This document shows positions 8,686 through 19,107 of a stretch of DNA of 47,516 bases, piece after piece. The first letter of the stretch is position 1, and each line of letters opens with the position of its first letter. The notes beneath the pieces are model-generated. The model made no database searches, had not been told where the DNA came from, and saw only the letters and a program-made list of their open reading frames with translations. A program made the position numbers and the translations under genes. The stretch spans positions 1-47,516 of the forward strand of contig CAYVAZ010000003.1 of the NCBI GenBank assembly GCA_964449065.1, written 5' to 3'. The DNA is from an uncultured bacterium. Its GTDB lineage: Bacteria; Hinthialibacterota; Hinthialibacteria; Hinthialibacterales; Hinthialibacteraceae.

Positions 8686-11076
8686 TTAAAACGCCTGGCT
8701 GAATCCAAAATGGAAAAACTCGGTTTCATCAGTCGGCTCATCTATGATCGGCACGCCAAAGTCTAAACGCAGCAGCGCGTTGTTAAATCCCGGAATCCGG
8801 ACTCGAATCCCCGCCCCGGTGCTGACCCGAAAATCGGACGGATCGATATCTTCGATCTCAGGCCAGACGGTTCCGTAATCCAAAAAAACAACGCCCTGCA
8901 AGAGCTCGGAAAACGGGTATCGAACTTCCGCGCTGCCCACAAACGCCGCTTCGCCACCCAAAAAGGTGCGGAAGCCGCGGATCGCCGGATCACGAAACCC
9001 GATCACCGCCGACTGGCCGATACTGCCTTCATCAAACCCGCGGATCGACCGCGCGCCGCCGACAAAAAACCGTTCCTGCAGGGGAATAAATCCCGGATCG
9101 CCGTACGCGTAGGCTAAATCCAAATCCGTGGATAAAGCCAAAACAAACGTCTCCATCAGTTCATGATAAAAGTTGTTTTCCGTGCTGAATTTCACAAACT
9201 CGTTATCCGTCAGTCCCGCGACCTCAATCGTGGAGCGGCTGAACATCCCGTCGCTTGGGTCTTGATCAAAATCACGCGTGTCATACACAAACCCCCACAA
9301 CAAACTGGTGGTCAGGTTTGTGCCGATGTTAAACACGGTCGGAATCGTGCTGGGATCCAGCGCGCCCCGCCCCGCACTGGCCGGCTGCAAATCGGCCTCT
9401 TCAATTTTAAATCCATACAGCAGAGAAATCTCATCGGTAATCTCATCGCCGACGGTCACCGATGTCCCGACCCGCTGCTCATCAAATCGTCTTCCTCCAA
9501 ATGATTGGGTATCAATAAAAAAGATATCCCAATCCAAACTATAGTCGGAGTTCAATACATGGGGATCAAACAAACTCAATACAGCCCGGTTGCGGAACTC
9601 TCCGATCTCCCCGGTAATCGTCCCGCGTATGCCATACCCGAATATGTTTTTTTCGGTGTAACTGGCAAACACGGAAGGACCGAATGTTGTACTGAATCCG
9701 CCTCCGAAACTCAAAAGGCCGGTATCTTCTTCTTCCAATTGCAACAGCAAATTTTCCACGGATTCATCGGAAGTCTCTACCCGCTGAAATCCCGGCAGCA
9801 AGTTGGTTCGATCACGCGAACCGAAGCCGCGGGTTTTAAAGAGCCCGGTATTCACCAACTCCCGGTCGGTTTCCACCACTTTGGTCCAATCCAACGGCTC
9901 GCCTTCCTCAAACTCAAATTCACGGCGGATAACATGCTCCTTGGTGCGGAACTCCCCCTCTTTTACGGGAATCGGGGGTGTGTTTTCATTGATGGTCACC
10001 ACACCTTGAATTTCCACATTTCCCAAATACTTCCGCTGATTTTCATCAATACGGATACGCAAATCGGCAATTAAGTTTTCCGGGTCTTTACGCCACTGCT
10101 CCCAAAGCAGTGGAATGGTGACATCCAAATACCCCTGCTCCCAATACAGGTCAATCAGTTCTTGTTCGCTCTCTTCCACGCGGGTAAAGGTAAACCGGTC
10201 ACCGGGTTTGATCTCGAAGCGCGATAAAATTTCTTCGGTTGAATAGATGGAATTGCCCTCGATATGGATATCGCCGATGGTATACGGCTCCCCTTCATCC
10301 ACCACAAACGTCACTTTCAGTCCATCATCAATTTCTTCCACCGGCAGCAATTCGGCTGTGGCATCCAAATGCCCGATCTCCCAATATTTCCGTTGGATGC
10401 GCTGTAAATCAAAATTGGCCTGGGTTTCATTGAAATGATTCTTGATCAAAAACCACCACGATTCCTTGGTTTCCAGCCCCTTACGAATTTGCTTATCGCT
10501 TAAGGCTTCGTTGCCCTCTATTACAATCTCACGCACCGGCAAGCGCTTGCCTTCCTTGATTTCCATGACCAAAACGCGGGTATTCTCTTCTGGCCCCTCT
10601 TCATAGCGCCAGTCGATCACGGTGTTGGGGAAGGATTGTTCGGTGTAATAGGTTAAGGCTTTATTCACCAGCGATTCGGCGGTGTCTTCATCCGCAAACA
10701 ACCGCTGTTCGGGATCGTATTCTATTTTCTCGTTGAGTCGTTTGGGCTTATACCGCTCGTTGCCTTCATAGCGGATCTCGACGATCTTCGGCTTCTCAAC
10801 TACCTGAAAAATCAAATCCACTCTGTCTTCATTTTGCACGGAAATGGCGGTAACGTCGGTAAAATACCCCAAGCCGAATATCGCCTTAATGTCATTTCGG
10901 TACGTCAGTATGGTCGATGGATCTTCGTGATCTTCGCCGGGTTGGGTTTCTACAATATCCAAAATCTCCTGGTCGGAAACAAACCGGTTCCCCTCCACTA
11001 AGACGTTTTGAATCACGTCCCCGTAAGCGAAACCGGTTATCAAACCAAGATAAATGATCACTCCCCAAGCCCACAC
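8686..11076 (-). CDS. bamA: Outer membrane protein assembly factor BamA
   Basis: POTRA-like repeats, a C-terminal Omp85 barrel, and a terminal aromatic beta-signal (FSQAF). GTG start 23 nt after the clpC stop. Confidence 0.92.
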   Translation of the reverse strand: MWAWGVIIYLGLITGFAYGDVIQNVLVEGNRFVSDQEILDIVETQPGEDHEDPSTILTYRNDIKAIFGLGYFTDVTAISVQNEDRVDLIFQVVEKPKIVEIRYEGNERYKPKRLNEKIEYDPEQRLFADEDTAESLVNKALTYYTEQSFPNTVIDWRYEEGPEENTRVLVMEIKEGKRLPVREIVIEGNEALSDKQIRKGLETKESWWFLIKNHFNETQANFDLQRIQRKYWEIGHLDATAELLPVEEIDDGLKVTFVVDEGEPYTIGDIHIEGNSIYSTEEILSRFEIKPGDRFTFTRVEESEQELIDLYWEQGYLDVTIPLLWEQWRKDPENLIADLRIRIDENQRKYLGNVEIQGVVTINENTPPIPVKEGEFRTKEHVIRREFEFEEGEPLDWTKVVETDRELVNTGLFKTRGFGSRDRTNLLPGFQRVETSDESVENLLLQLEEEDTGLLSFGGGFSTTFGPSVFASYTEKNIFGYGIRGTITGEIGEFRNRAVLSLFDPHVLNSDYSLDWDIFFIDTQSFGGRRFDEQRVGTSVTVGDEITDEISLLYGFKIEEADLQPASAGRGALDPSTIPTVFNIGTNLTTSLLWGFVYDTRDFDQDPSDGMFSRSTIEVAGLTDNEFVKFSTENNFYHELMETFVLALSTDLDLAYAYGDPGFIPLQERFFVGGARSIRGFDEGSIGQSAVIGFRDPAIRGFRTFLGGEAAFVGSAEVRYPFSELLQGVVFLDYGTVWPEIEDIDPSDFRVSTGAGIRVRIPGFNNALLRLDFGVPIIDEPTDETEFFHFGFSQAF

Positions 11077-11099
11077 TACATGCTGAAAGGGTTTGCCGC

Positions 11100-13574
11100 T
11101 CAGACCGCTACCTCCTTCGGTGACGCCTTCTTAAAAACCAACACTCCGTCTTCTAGAACAACCACAACTTCTTCGTTGTCCTTAAAATTGCCCCTCAGCA
11201 ATTCTTCGGAGAGTGGATCTTCAACATATTTCTGAATCGTCCGTTTCAAAGGACGCGCACCGTAGGCTTTATCATAACCTTTGTCTACCAAGAATGCCTT
11301 GGCGTTGTCTGTGAGGATAAGGGTCATTGATTTCTGATTCAACCGTTCCTGCACATCGGCGATCATAATATCACAAATATTAAATACATGCTCCCTCTGC
11401 AGCTCATGGAAGACAACCACTTCATCCACCCGGTTGATGAATTCCGGCCGGAACGATTTCTTCAATTCGCCCATGACCCGGTCTTTCATCATAGAATAAT
11501 TTAAGCTCTCTTCTTCCGGCTTAAAGCCCAAAGAAGCTTTATTCGTGATTTCATGGCTCCCGATATTGGATGTCATGATCAAAATCGTATGGCGGAAATC
11601 AACGTGCTTGCCGGTATTGTCGGTTAAGCGGCCTTCTTCCAGTACCTGCAAGAGAATATTGTACACTTCCGGGTGCGCCTTTTCGATCTCATCCAGGCAA
11701 ATAACCGAATACGGCTTCCGGCGAACCTTCTCCGTCAACTGGCCGCCTTCATCATGCCCAATGTATCCCGGAGGGGCACCGACCAAGCGGGAAACCGAAA
11801 ATTTCTCCATGTATTCAGACATATCCACTGTTATCAGCGCGTCTTCATGCCCAAACATAAACTTCGCCAACGTTTTCGCCAAATGGGTCTTTCCCGTTCC
11901 GGTCGGTCCCAAGAATAAAAATGAACCAATCGGACGTTTGTGGTTGGCAATCCCCGCACGCGATCGGCGTATGGCTTTGGCGATGATCTTAATCGCTTCA
12001 TCCTGCCCAACCACTTGATCATGCAAATGATCTTCAATCTTCAGCAGCCGTTCGGATTCTTTTTCCTCAATCTTAATCGCGGGGATACCGGTCCACTTCG
12101 AAACGATGTACGCGATATCGTCTTCATCCACCATCGCTTCTTGCCCTGGCTTGCTGCGGGCTTCTTCCCATTCGGATTGCATCTTTAACTGCTTGTCACG
12201 CAACTCTTCCCGCTGGCGTTTGAGCTCCAAGCATTTTTCAAATTCTTCCGCAACCGTCGCGGCTTCTATTTCTTTCATGATGTTTTCGATTTCGTCATCA
12301 ATCGCGCGCAACTCTTTTGGGCGGGTCGTGGCTTGCAGCCGGGCGCGCGAGCCTGCTTCATCCAGCAAATCAATCGCCTTATCCGGCAAATACCGTTCGG
12401 ATACATACCGTTCCGATAGCTCCACCGATGCGCGAATGGCATCTTCTGTAAAACGGACGCGGTGATGCGCCTCGTATTTATCCTGCAACCCTTCCAAAAT
12501 TTGAACCGTCTCTTCTATGTTAGGCGGGTCAACTGAGACCGATTGAAACCGGCGTTCTAACGCGCTGTCTTTTTCAATATACTTGCGGTATTCCTCGATC
12601 GTCGTCGCGCCGATGCACTGCAGTTCCCCTCGCGCCAGCGTGGGCTTCAACATGTTGGATGCATCCATTGAACCTTCCGCCGCCCCCGCGCCGACCAGCG
12701 TGTGCAGCTCGTCGATGAATAAAATGGTATCATTCGAACGGCGGATCTCTTCCAACACCGCTTTCAAACGCTCTTCAAACTGGCCGCGGTATTTTGTCCC
12801 CGCAACCAGTCCCGCCAAATCCAATGTGATGACCCGGCGGTTTAAGAGTAAATCCGGCACGGATTTTTGTTCAATCTGCTGCGCCAAGCCTTCAACGATC
12901 GCGGTTTTGCCAACGCCCGCTTCTCCAATCAAAACGGGATTGTTTTTGGTGCGGCGGCAGAGAATTTGAATCACGCGTTCAATTTCATCCTGACGGCCGA
13001 TGACCGGATCCAGTTTGCCCAGCCGCGCCAGCTCGGTTAGGTCGGAACCAAACGCGTCCAGAGCCGGGGTTTTGCTTTTGCCTTTGTTGCCCGCGGCCAC
13101 GGCCTCTTGCCCGCCGCCTCCGCTGTTGCCGCTGCCGCCCATCAAGCGAAGAATTTCGCTGCGGGCCTTAATCAAATCAATGCCGTGGCTGGCCAGTATG
13201 CGGGCCGCAAGCCCTTCATTTTCACGAATCACACCCAACAACAAATGTTCGGTGCCGATAAAGTTCACGCCAAACGCCTGCGCTTCTTGATAGGCAAACT
13301 CAATCGCGCGCTTCCCGCTTGGGGAGAGCGGTATCGTGCTGTCCGATATGTCTCCGCCGGCATCGCGGCTTATGTTCTTTAATATCTCCATGCGTAAGGA
13401 TTCCAGATTTAATCCCATATTGCGCATGGCCGTGGCGGCGACCCCTTCTCCTTCCGCAATCAAGCCGAGAAGAATATGTTCTGTACCGGCGTGGCTGCTG
13501 CCAATACGGGCCGCCTCCTCTTTGGCGCGTTTCATGACTAATCTGGCACGTTCTGTAAGTCGGTCAAACATCAT
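11100..13574 (-). CDS. clpC: ATP-dependent Clp protease ATP-binding subunit ClpC
   Basis: Two Clp_N repeats, Walker A motifs GEAGVGKT and GPTGTGKT, and a middle UVR-like coiled coil. I trimmed the ORF-track start (13625) to MMFDRL at 13574, 9 nt after GGAG. Confidence 0.93.
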   Translation of the reverse strand: MMFDRLTERARLVMKRAKEEAARIGSSHAGTEHILLGLIAEGEGVAATAMRNMGLNLESLRMEILKNISRDAGGDISDSTIPLSPSGKRAIEFAYQEAQAFGVNFIGTEHLLLGVIRENEGLAARILASHGIDLIKARSEILRLMGGSGNSGGGGQEAVAAGNKGKSKTPALDAFGSDLTELARLGKLDPVIGRQDEIERVIQILCRRTKNNPVLIGEAGVGKTAIVEGLAQQIEQKSVPDLLLNRRVITLDLAGLVAGTKYRGQFEERLKAVLEEIRRSNDTILFIDELHTLVGAGAAEGSMDASNMLKPTLARGELQCIGATTIEEYRKYIEKDSALERRFQSVSVDPPNIEETVQILEGLQDKYEAHHRVRFTEDAIRASVELSERYVSERYLPDKAIDLLDEAGSRARLQATTRPKELRAIDDEIENIMKEIEAATVAEEFEKCLELKRQREELRDKQLKMQSEWEEARSKPGQEAMVDEDDIAYIVSKWTGIPAIKIEEKESERLLKIEDHLHDQVVGQDEAIKIIAKAIRRSRAGIANHKRPIGSFLFLGPTGTGKTHLAKTLAKFMFGHEDALITVDMSEYMEKFSVSRLVGAPPGYIGHDEGGQLTEKVRRKPYSVICLDEIEKAHPEVYNILLQVLEEGRLTDNTGKHVDFRHTILIMTSNIGSHEITNKASLGFKPEEESLNYSMMKDRVMGELKKSFRPEFINRVDEVVVFHELQREHVFNICDIMIADVQERLNQKSMTLILTDNAKAFLVDKGYDKAYGARPLKRTIQKYVEDPLSEELLRGNFKDNEEVVVVLEDGVLVFKKASPKEVAV

Positions 13575-13947
13575 GGGGATATACTCCGGTTCTTTAGGGT
13601 TTGTGGCAATCAGATATAAAACCAACTGAGTTCATTGATGTTTTTTTTCTCTAATAACATCCTACTCAGATTAGGCCGTTTGTTAAAGTGGAATTATAAC
13701 CTTTGTTTTTTTAAAAGCACGCGTTTCCCGTCCCATTATCCAGCCGGATCGGGTATGGATGGAAGGGTAAATCAATTAAAAATTACGCACCCTTGGTCAA
13801 TTCCGACACCTTTTCCAGCCGCGGATCGAAGGATAAAAGCACGGTCGTTTGTCCGGCATGAAAAGTCTCTTTGTCATAAAATCCGAATTCAAGAAACCAA
13901 AAATTATACGATACAGTCTTGACGCGCGCGTGTTCGTGGGGAGCAAT

Positions 13948-15015
13948 TCAAGTAAACGAAACCGATCCCTTTTCAATCCAGTCCCGCATACGCTCCGCTC
14001 GAAACCGGTCCCGCTCTTTAGAGGATAACTGCTGATTGGCTTGCTTTTGCAAATGGGCGGGCCGCAGCATAATCATCATTTCATTCATACTTTGATACGA
14101 TGGCGAACGGATAATTCCCAAATTCCGTCCGAACCGCAATGCGGATAAATGCTCTACCGCTTCGCTGGAATTCATAATGCGGGCATACTTCAACCCTGCG
14201 TAGGCCCGCCACACCTTATCTTCAATCTTGATGCGGTTGCCTTCCAGTAAGTCATACTGTACTTTGCGTTCCTGCTCGATGATGTGTGCCAGGATCTTTT
14301 CAATCTTTTCAATCGTCTCTTGTTCCGATATCCCCAGCGTCCACTGGTTGGATATTTGAAACAGGTTCCCGGTAATCTCGCTGCCTTCCCCGGCCATCCC
14401 GCGTACCGTCAACCCGATCTGTGTCACCGCGTTCAAGATTTGCTCTATCTTGCGCGACATCATTAACCCCGGCAAATGCACCATGACGGAACAACGAATT
14501 CCCGTGCCTGTGTTGGTGGGGCAGGCCGTTAAATACCCCAACTCATTCGAAAACGCGTAATTGATGGAATCTTCCAACTGATTGTCCAGCGTATTCACGA
14601 TTTCCCAAGCTTGATTCAATTGCGAACCGGCCAACAGCACTTGCATCCGTAAATGATCTTCTTCATTGATCATCACCGAAATCTTTTCATCCGAATGAAC
14701 CGCCGCATGACGCTCAATTCCGCTTTTTGACAGCTCCCGGCTGATCAAATACCGCTCATTCAAAAAATGCCGGTCAATTTCTTCCAACTCTTCCATACTC
14801 AGCAAATACGAGTCTTTCATCAACTTCGAATGAAACACCGCTTCCTGCGCCTTCTCCGCGATGCGTCGTAAATCCATCGAAGACGCCCACTGCGAAAAGG
14901 GAATGCCGTCAAAATTGCGCGCGATGCGAATCCGGCTGCTGACCACCACATCGTGGTCTGGATCGCCGGCATTCAACCAGCCGCACTGCTGTAAAAATTT
15001 TCCTGGAAGTTCCAT
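13948..15015 (-). CDS. mcsB: Protein arginine kinase McsB (ATP:guanido phosphotransferase)
   Basis: Phosphagen-kinase signature CPTNTGTGIRCSVMVHLPGL. Size and position after mcsA fit McsB. Confidence 0.9.
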   Translation of the reverse strand: MELPGKFLQQCGWLNAGDPDHDVVVSSRIRIARNFDGIPFSQWASSMDLRRIAEKAQEAVFHSKLMKDSYLLSMEELEEIDRHFLNERYLISRELSKSGIERHAAVHSDEKISVMINEEDHLRMQVLLAGSQLNQAWEIVNTLDNQLEDSINYAFSNELGYLTACPTNTGTGIRCSVMVHLPGLMMSRKIEQILNAVTQIGLTVRGMAGEGSEITGNLFQISNQWTLGISEQETIEKIEKILAHIIEQERKVQYDLLEGNRIKIEDKVWRAYAGLKYARIMNSSEAVEHLSALRFGRNLGIIRSPSYQSMNEMMIMLRPAHLQKQANQQLSSKERDRFRAERMRDWIEKGSVSFT

Positions 15016-15065
15016 AACAACCGATCAAAATTCTTGTAACAAATATTCTTGTATCTTGTCACTCT

Positions 15066-15593
15066 TTACTGCTTCTGTGACTGATACGTGCGTTCCAAAT
15101 CGTCTTCCAAATTCCGGATGGTATCCCGCAACCGCGCGGCCTCTTCAAAATTCTCATCCGATACCGCGTTCTTTAACTGCAAACGCATATCCGAAATCTC
15201 CCGCTTCAAGGAAAGCTGTTCATCGCCCTTTACCGGAACCTTGCCTTTATGGTTCACTTCTTTCTGCACCTTCCGCAACAACGGATGCAGTTGCTTAGAA
15301 AAAGTTTCGTAACACGTTGGGCAACCCAAGCGGCCGCTCTCCATAAAGGCCCCGTATGACAAACCGCAGGAAGGACAGGTCTCATGTACTTTGGCCCCCT
15401 GTTTGGGCATATCATCCGCTACCGGTGTCTTCCCGGTCAGCAAATCCTCTATCGAGAACGACGTATTCACCGCCCCATTCCCGATCCCCAACTCCTGGGC
15501 ACAATCGTGGCATAGATGCACAGCATGCTTTTGATTGTTTTTCATCTGGGTTATGTGAATTTTCGCTTCTTTTTGACAAATGGCGCATTTCAT
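15066..15593 (-). CDS. mcsA: McsA, activator of protein arginine kinase (zinc fingers plus UVR domain)
   Basis: CxxC pairs (CAICQ...CHDC, CPSCG...CPTC) and a C-terminal UVR motif (ENFEEAARLRDTIRNLE). Confidence 0.85.
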   Translation of the reverse strand: MKCAICQKEAKIHITQMKNNQKHAVHLCHDCAQELGIGNGAVNTSFSIEDLLTGKTPVADDMPKQGAKVHETCPSCGLSYGAFMESGRLGCPTCYETFSKQLHPLLRKVQKEVNHKGKVPVKGDEQLSLKREISDMRLQLKNAVSDENFEEAARLRDTIRNLEDDLERTYQSQKQ

Positions 15594-15635
15594 GACGATC
15601 TCGCCTTGTAATCAACTTGGGTTTTGTTCTCTCAA

Positions 15636-16568
15636 CTATAATACCTTAACAGGCTCAAAAATGCGAACCCCTTCTTTCTTGGTCATCTCTTCCAATTCGG
15701 CCATTAAGCGTTTCGTGATTTCTCCCGGAACACGTTCACCAATCGTTCGGGTATCAATTTCCGAAACCGGCGCGATCCGCGCGGCCGTTCCGGTGACGAA
15801 ACATTCCTCGGCATTGTACATATCATACAATGTAACATGCGTTTCTTGATGCGGAATGCCATGCTTCACCGCCAGTTCCAAGACCGCCGCCCGTGTGATC
15901 CCAGGCAATGCCCCATCCGACTCCAGCGGCGTGATCATTTTCCCGTTCTTCACGATAAAGAGGTTATCCGCTGTCGCTTCCGATACATAGCCATTGTGAT
16001 TTAAAAACACGGCTTCCGCCGCCCCGGCTTCATTCGCCAGAATCTTCGCCAAGATGTTATTCAAATAATTCAGTGACTTCACCTGCGGAGGCAAGGCGTC
16101 CGGCAAGTTGCGCTTGACCGAAGTCGTCACCAACTTCAGCCCGTTCTCATACCATTCTTTTGGATACAGCGTGATCCTGTCAATAACCACGATAAAATTC
16201 GGTTTGGGGCATTTGCGCGGATCCAACCCCAAATCGCCGTCGCCCCGGCTAACTATCGCGCGCACATACAACGATTCAACATTCTGCCGCAAATCCTCAT
16301 GGTTCAACTCACCCCACTCACGCGCCACTTTGCAGATTTCTTCCAACACCTCGGTTTTGGTAAGACCGATATCCAACCCAATCACTTTCGCCGAACGAAA
16401 CAAACGCTCCACATGCTGCTCGCCGCGAAAAATCCGATCACCAAAAATGCGGATGCCTTCAAATACCCCGTCGCCATACAAAAAACCGTGATCAAAGATC
16501 GAGACCTTGGCGTTCTCTTTGGCAACCAATTGCCGGTTGATGGATATCGCTGGAATCGATTGGCTCAT
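15636..16568 (-). CDS. ilvE: Branched-chain amino acid aminotransferase (fold-type IV)
   Basis: FDHGFLYGDGVFEGIR and the class IV aminotransferase layout. Start moved to MSQSIP (16568), preceded by GAGGAG. Confidence 0.85.
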   Translation of the reverse strand: MSQSIPAISINRQLVAKENAKVSIFDHGFLYGDGVFEGIRIFGDRIFRGEQHVERLFRSAKVIGLDIGLTKTEVLEEICKVAREWGELNHEDLRQNVESLYVRAIVSRGDGDLGLDPRKCPKPNFIVVIDRITLYPKEWYENGLKLVTTSVKRNLPDALPPQVKSLNYLNNILAKILANEAGAAEAVFLNHNGYVSEATADNLFIVKNGKMITPLESDGALPGITRAAVLELAVKHGIPHQETHVTLYDMYNAEECFVTGTAARIAPVSEIDTRTIGERVPGEITKRLMAELEEMTKKEGVRIFEPVKVL

Positions 16569-16745
16569 GCGTTCTGTACTCCTCAAATATAACTGCACAA
16601 CATAACTGATAAATGTACTTGATCCAAAACGCAAGGGTAGGGATAAATCACCTTCCCACCCACTGTAACACTACGAAAATTCAAGCCGCTTGTCAATTCA
16701 ACTCTACAACGAAACGCAACAAGGGCAAACGCCGGTCGCAAGCAA

Positions 16746-16831
16746 TACCGGTTCTATTTCGGATTGCGGAGAAAGCACGGCGGTCAGCCTCAGCGAAAGA
16801 AAAACGTGGCGGGGCTCTTTCTAAACAATCC
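16746..16831 (+). repeat. ~85-nt interspersed repeat (family 3), copy A
   Basis: Homologous by hand alignment to 19108-19194, 22355-22443 and 31704-31756. Conserved outer stem GGATTG (16761-16766) / CAATCC (16826-16831) and inner stem AGAAAG / CTTTCT. Confidence 0.8.
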
Positions 16832-16886
16832 TGAATAAACCAGGGAGAAAAGGACCCGCATGGATTTTGTGGGGGAACGACCGCCT

Positions 16887-17234
16887 CTACGATTGATGGG
16901 AATTAAAAAGTTCGACGGTTTGGCTTTTGTTGTCGAGAATAGAACGGTCGAAAAATTCGGTGAGGGGCATCCCGTGAAACCAACTGGAATAGAGGGCCGG
17001 AAAGCCGACCGGTTCACCGCCGATGTCGATATATTCGATCTGCTGCCAGGCAAAAAATAACGTGTGAAGCATGTCGCGCAGTTCCTCCAGCGCGTTGTTG
17101 CTTGGCGACACGCTTTCCAGCGCCTTCACCGGTACACAAAATACAAGAATGCCTTCGCTGTCTTTGTTGGTAATTTTGCCTAAAAACCGTTTGCCGTTTA
17201 GCAAATGAACTTCAACCACTTCGCCTACAATCAT
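16887..17234 (-). CDS. Hypothetical protein with an Sm/Lsm-like N-terminal motif
   Basis: 115-aa ORF at the head of the long minus-strand array. VEVHLLNGKRFLGKITNKD follows the Sm1 pattern L-x-N-G-x-x-h-x-G-x-I-T-x-x-D. Confidence 0.5.
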   Translation of the reverse strand: MIVGEVVEVHLLNGKRFLGKITNKDSEGILVFCVPVKALESVSPSNNALEELRDMLHTLFFAWQQIEYIDIGGEPVGFPALYSSWFHGMPLTEFFDRSILDNKSQTVELFNSHQS

Positions 17235-17379
17235 AACCCGTTCCTATCCCTCCTGTGGATCGTTTGTCTGCCTATAAAAATATGCTCTTATGCAATAGTA
17301 TAACACCAAATATCAATTGCGTGTTCCTCTCATTCTAACGCACTGCAATCAAGATCAAAACGGAGGTTGTACAATCATC

Positions 17380-18072
17380 ATGTTGCCACGAATTTTCCCC
17401 CTAATCTTGCTCATTGTCGTAACCACCGCGCAGGCAGAACATCCCTTGCAGGGGTTGCCGGAAATTGAAGACAACGAAATCCGGCTGTTCATCATTCGCC
17501 ATGCCGAAACCTTTCACAATATCGACCCCACAATGGACAAAGACGCTCCCGAGTATTACCGGATCACCCTGCGCGGCAAAAAACAGGCCGCCGCGTTGGG
17601 AAAACTGGTAAAGGATCAACCCATCGCCATGATCTTTACCTCACAAATGACCCGCGCCAAAGAAACACTGAAATTTATGGAAATGCCCCCTCACTTTGAG
17701 GCCGCAGACGACAAGGCTTTTAACTTTTTAAAACGCGGGCTGATGCCGAACGGCGAGCCGGCCACATTCGGCGATTGGATCAAAATGTGGGAAAATAACA
17801 CCGATCCCGTTTTGCCCAACAGTGAAAATATGGAAATTGGAACGCGGCGGTTCATCAAACGGCTGCGGGAAGAAACCGATGCCTTTGGCAAAGCGGTTGT
17901 GGTGGTTTCTCATGGCGATGTGATTGCCGGGGTGATCGGGTCCGCGGAAGGATATCATCCATGGGAACGCTGGGAAAAATCGCAGGTTCCTGTAGGATCA
18001 CTAAGTGTTCTCGATCTGGAACGGGAAGGGCCGTTGTATCTGCATTTTAAAGGATTTGATCCTGTGGAATAA
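17380..18072 (+). CDS. Histidine phosphatase family protein (phosphoglycerate-mutase-like), exported
   Basis: RHAET catalytic motif and downstream SHGDV. Start set at MLPRIFPLILLIVVTTAQA (signal peptide), downstream of GGAGG. Confidence 0.75.
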   Translation: MLPRIFPLILLIVVTTAQAEHPLQGLPEIEDNEIRLFIIRHAETFHNIDPTMDKDAPEYYRITLRGKKQAAALGKLVKDQPIAMIFTSQMTRAKETLKFMEMPPHFEAADDKAFNFLKRGLMPNGEPATFGDWIKMWENNTDPVLPNSENMEIGTRRFIKRLREETDAFGKAVVVVSHGDVIAGVIGSAEGYHPWERWEKSQVPVGSLSVLDLEREGPLYLHFKGFDPVE

Positions 18073-18112
18073 CGCGGAATCAAATCATCCATGAAACCGT
18101 AAAGAGGGCATT

Positions 18113-19069
18113 ATGAACGCGATTTCTTTTTTAACGACCTACAAGGGTTCGTACGCGGAAAGCTATTTCCCGAAAGGGTGGGATTGGGAGAAAATTGACC
18201 AATGCTGCTCCCAGCCGCCGGAATCCGTCAAGGAGCGTCAGCCGTGGTGGCATGAAGATTTTCACCCGGTGGAGTGTGATTCGTTTGAGTCATTCGATGT
18301 GAAAATGGGACATGAAATCGCGGTGACAATTCAGCAATACCGCGATGAAGGCAAGCAGGTGGCGTTAATCTTCCCGGTCGGCCCCATGGGAATGTATAAA
18401 TGGGCGGTGTATTTTTTAAAAGAGTGGAACGTGAACTGCGGCCATGTGCATGGTTTTAATATGGATGAATGGTCGGATGCGGAAGGCAATACTGTTCCGC
18501 CCAGCGAACCGGGTTCGTTTCAAGGCGCGATGGAAATGGCCTTTTACGGGCCGTTGGATGGGTTGACCGTTCCACAAAAACAACGTCACTTTGCCACCAA
18601 AGAGGATTTACCCAAATTTCCCGAACAAATCCATGAAATCACCAGCAATGGCGGCGGCTTGGTCACCGTCTTCGGCATCGGCAGAGTGTGCCACATCGCG
18701 TTTTGGGAACCGCATTTTGCCGAAGAATTCACCGAAGACGAATGGAAAAAGCAGACGCACAGAATTGGGGCGAAACTGCATCCGTTAACCATCGAACAGA
18801 ATGCGATTACCAGCTTTAACTCAAGAACACCCCTGGTTTCGTGCTACGCCAACACAATCGGGCCGGGATTGTTTTTGCAATCGCACAAGATTATCGGCGG
18901 AGCGGATGGCATCTTATTGCGCGGGATGCAGTGGCAGGGGATGAGTTTTTGGATTACGCTGCGGCATGAACCGACCATTTGGCTGACTTCCACTTTTATG
19001 CCAACCCTGCCGGGCAAGTTGTTTTTCCATAAAGACCTGGCGGGACCGCTGATTGCGGATTGCAATTAA
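18113..19069 (+). CDS. Glucosamine-6-phosphate isomerase / 6-phosphogluconolactonase family protein (NagB-like, long form)
   Basis: The region [15 protein letters not shown]...GFNMDEWSD resembles the NagB/SugarP_isomerase fold. The N-terminal ~70 aa are not recognised. Confidence 0.55.
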   Translation: MNAISFLTTYKGSYAESYFPKGWDWEKIDQCCSQPPESVKERQPWWHEDFHPVECDSFESFDVKMGHEIAVTIQQYRDEGKQVALIFPVGPMGMYKWAVYFLKEWNVNCGHVHGFNMDEWSDAEGNTVPPSEPGSFQGAMEMAFYGPLDGLTVPQKQRHFATKEDLPKFPEQIHEITSNGGGLVTVFGIGRVCHIAFWEPHFAEEFTEDEWKKQTHRIGAKLHPLTIEQNAITSFNSRTPLVSCYANTIGPGLFLQSHKIIGGADGILLRGMQWQGMSFWITLRHEPTIWLTSTFMPTLPGKLFFHKDLAGPLIADCN

Positions 19070-19107
19070 GAGTTTAACCCGCGATTGGACGCGAATATTC
19101 GCTGCGA

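Noticed and set aside
13795-13811. GGTCAAT-TCC-GACACC upstream of clpC looked like a CtsR operator.
   Set aside because: Only the first heptad matches the (A/G)GTCAAA direct-repeat consensus. No ctsR gene is present in the window.
17235-17379. The strand switch between the long minus-strand array and the plus-strand genes, with a TGTGGAT DnaA-box-like 7-mer, might be a replication origin.
   Set aside because: There is a single imperfect box, no cluster of DnaA boxes, no AT-rich unwinding element and no dnaA/dnaN nearby. It is an ordinary divergent promoter region.
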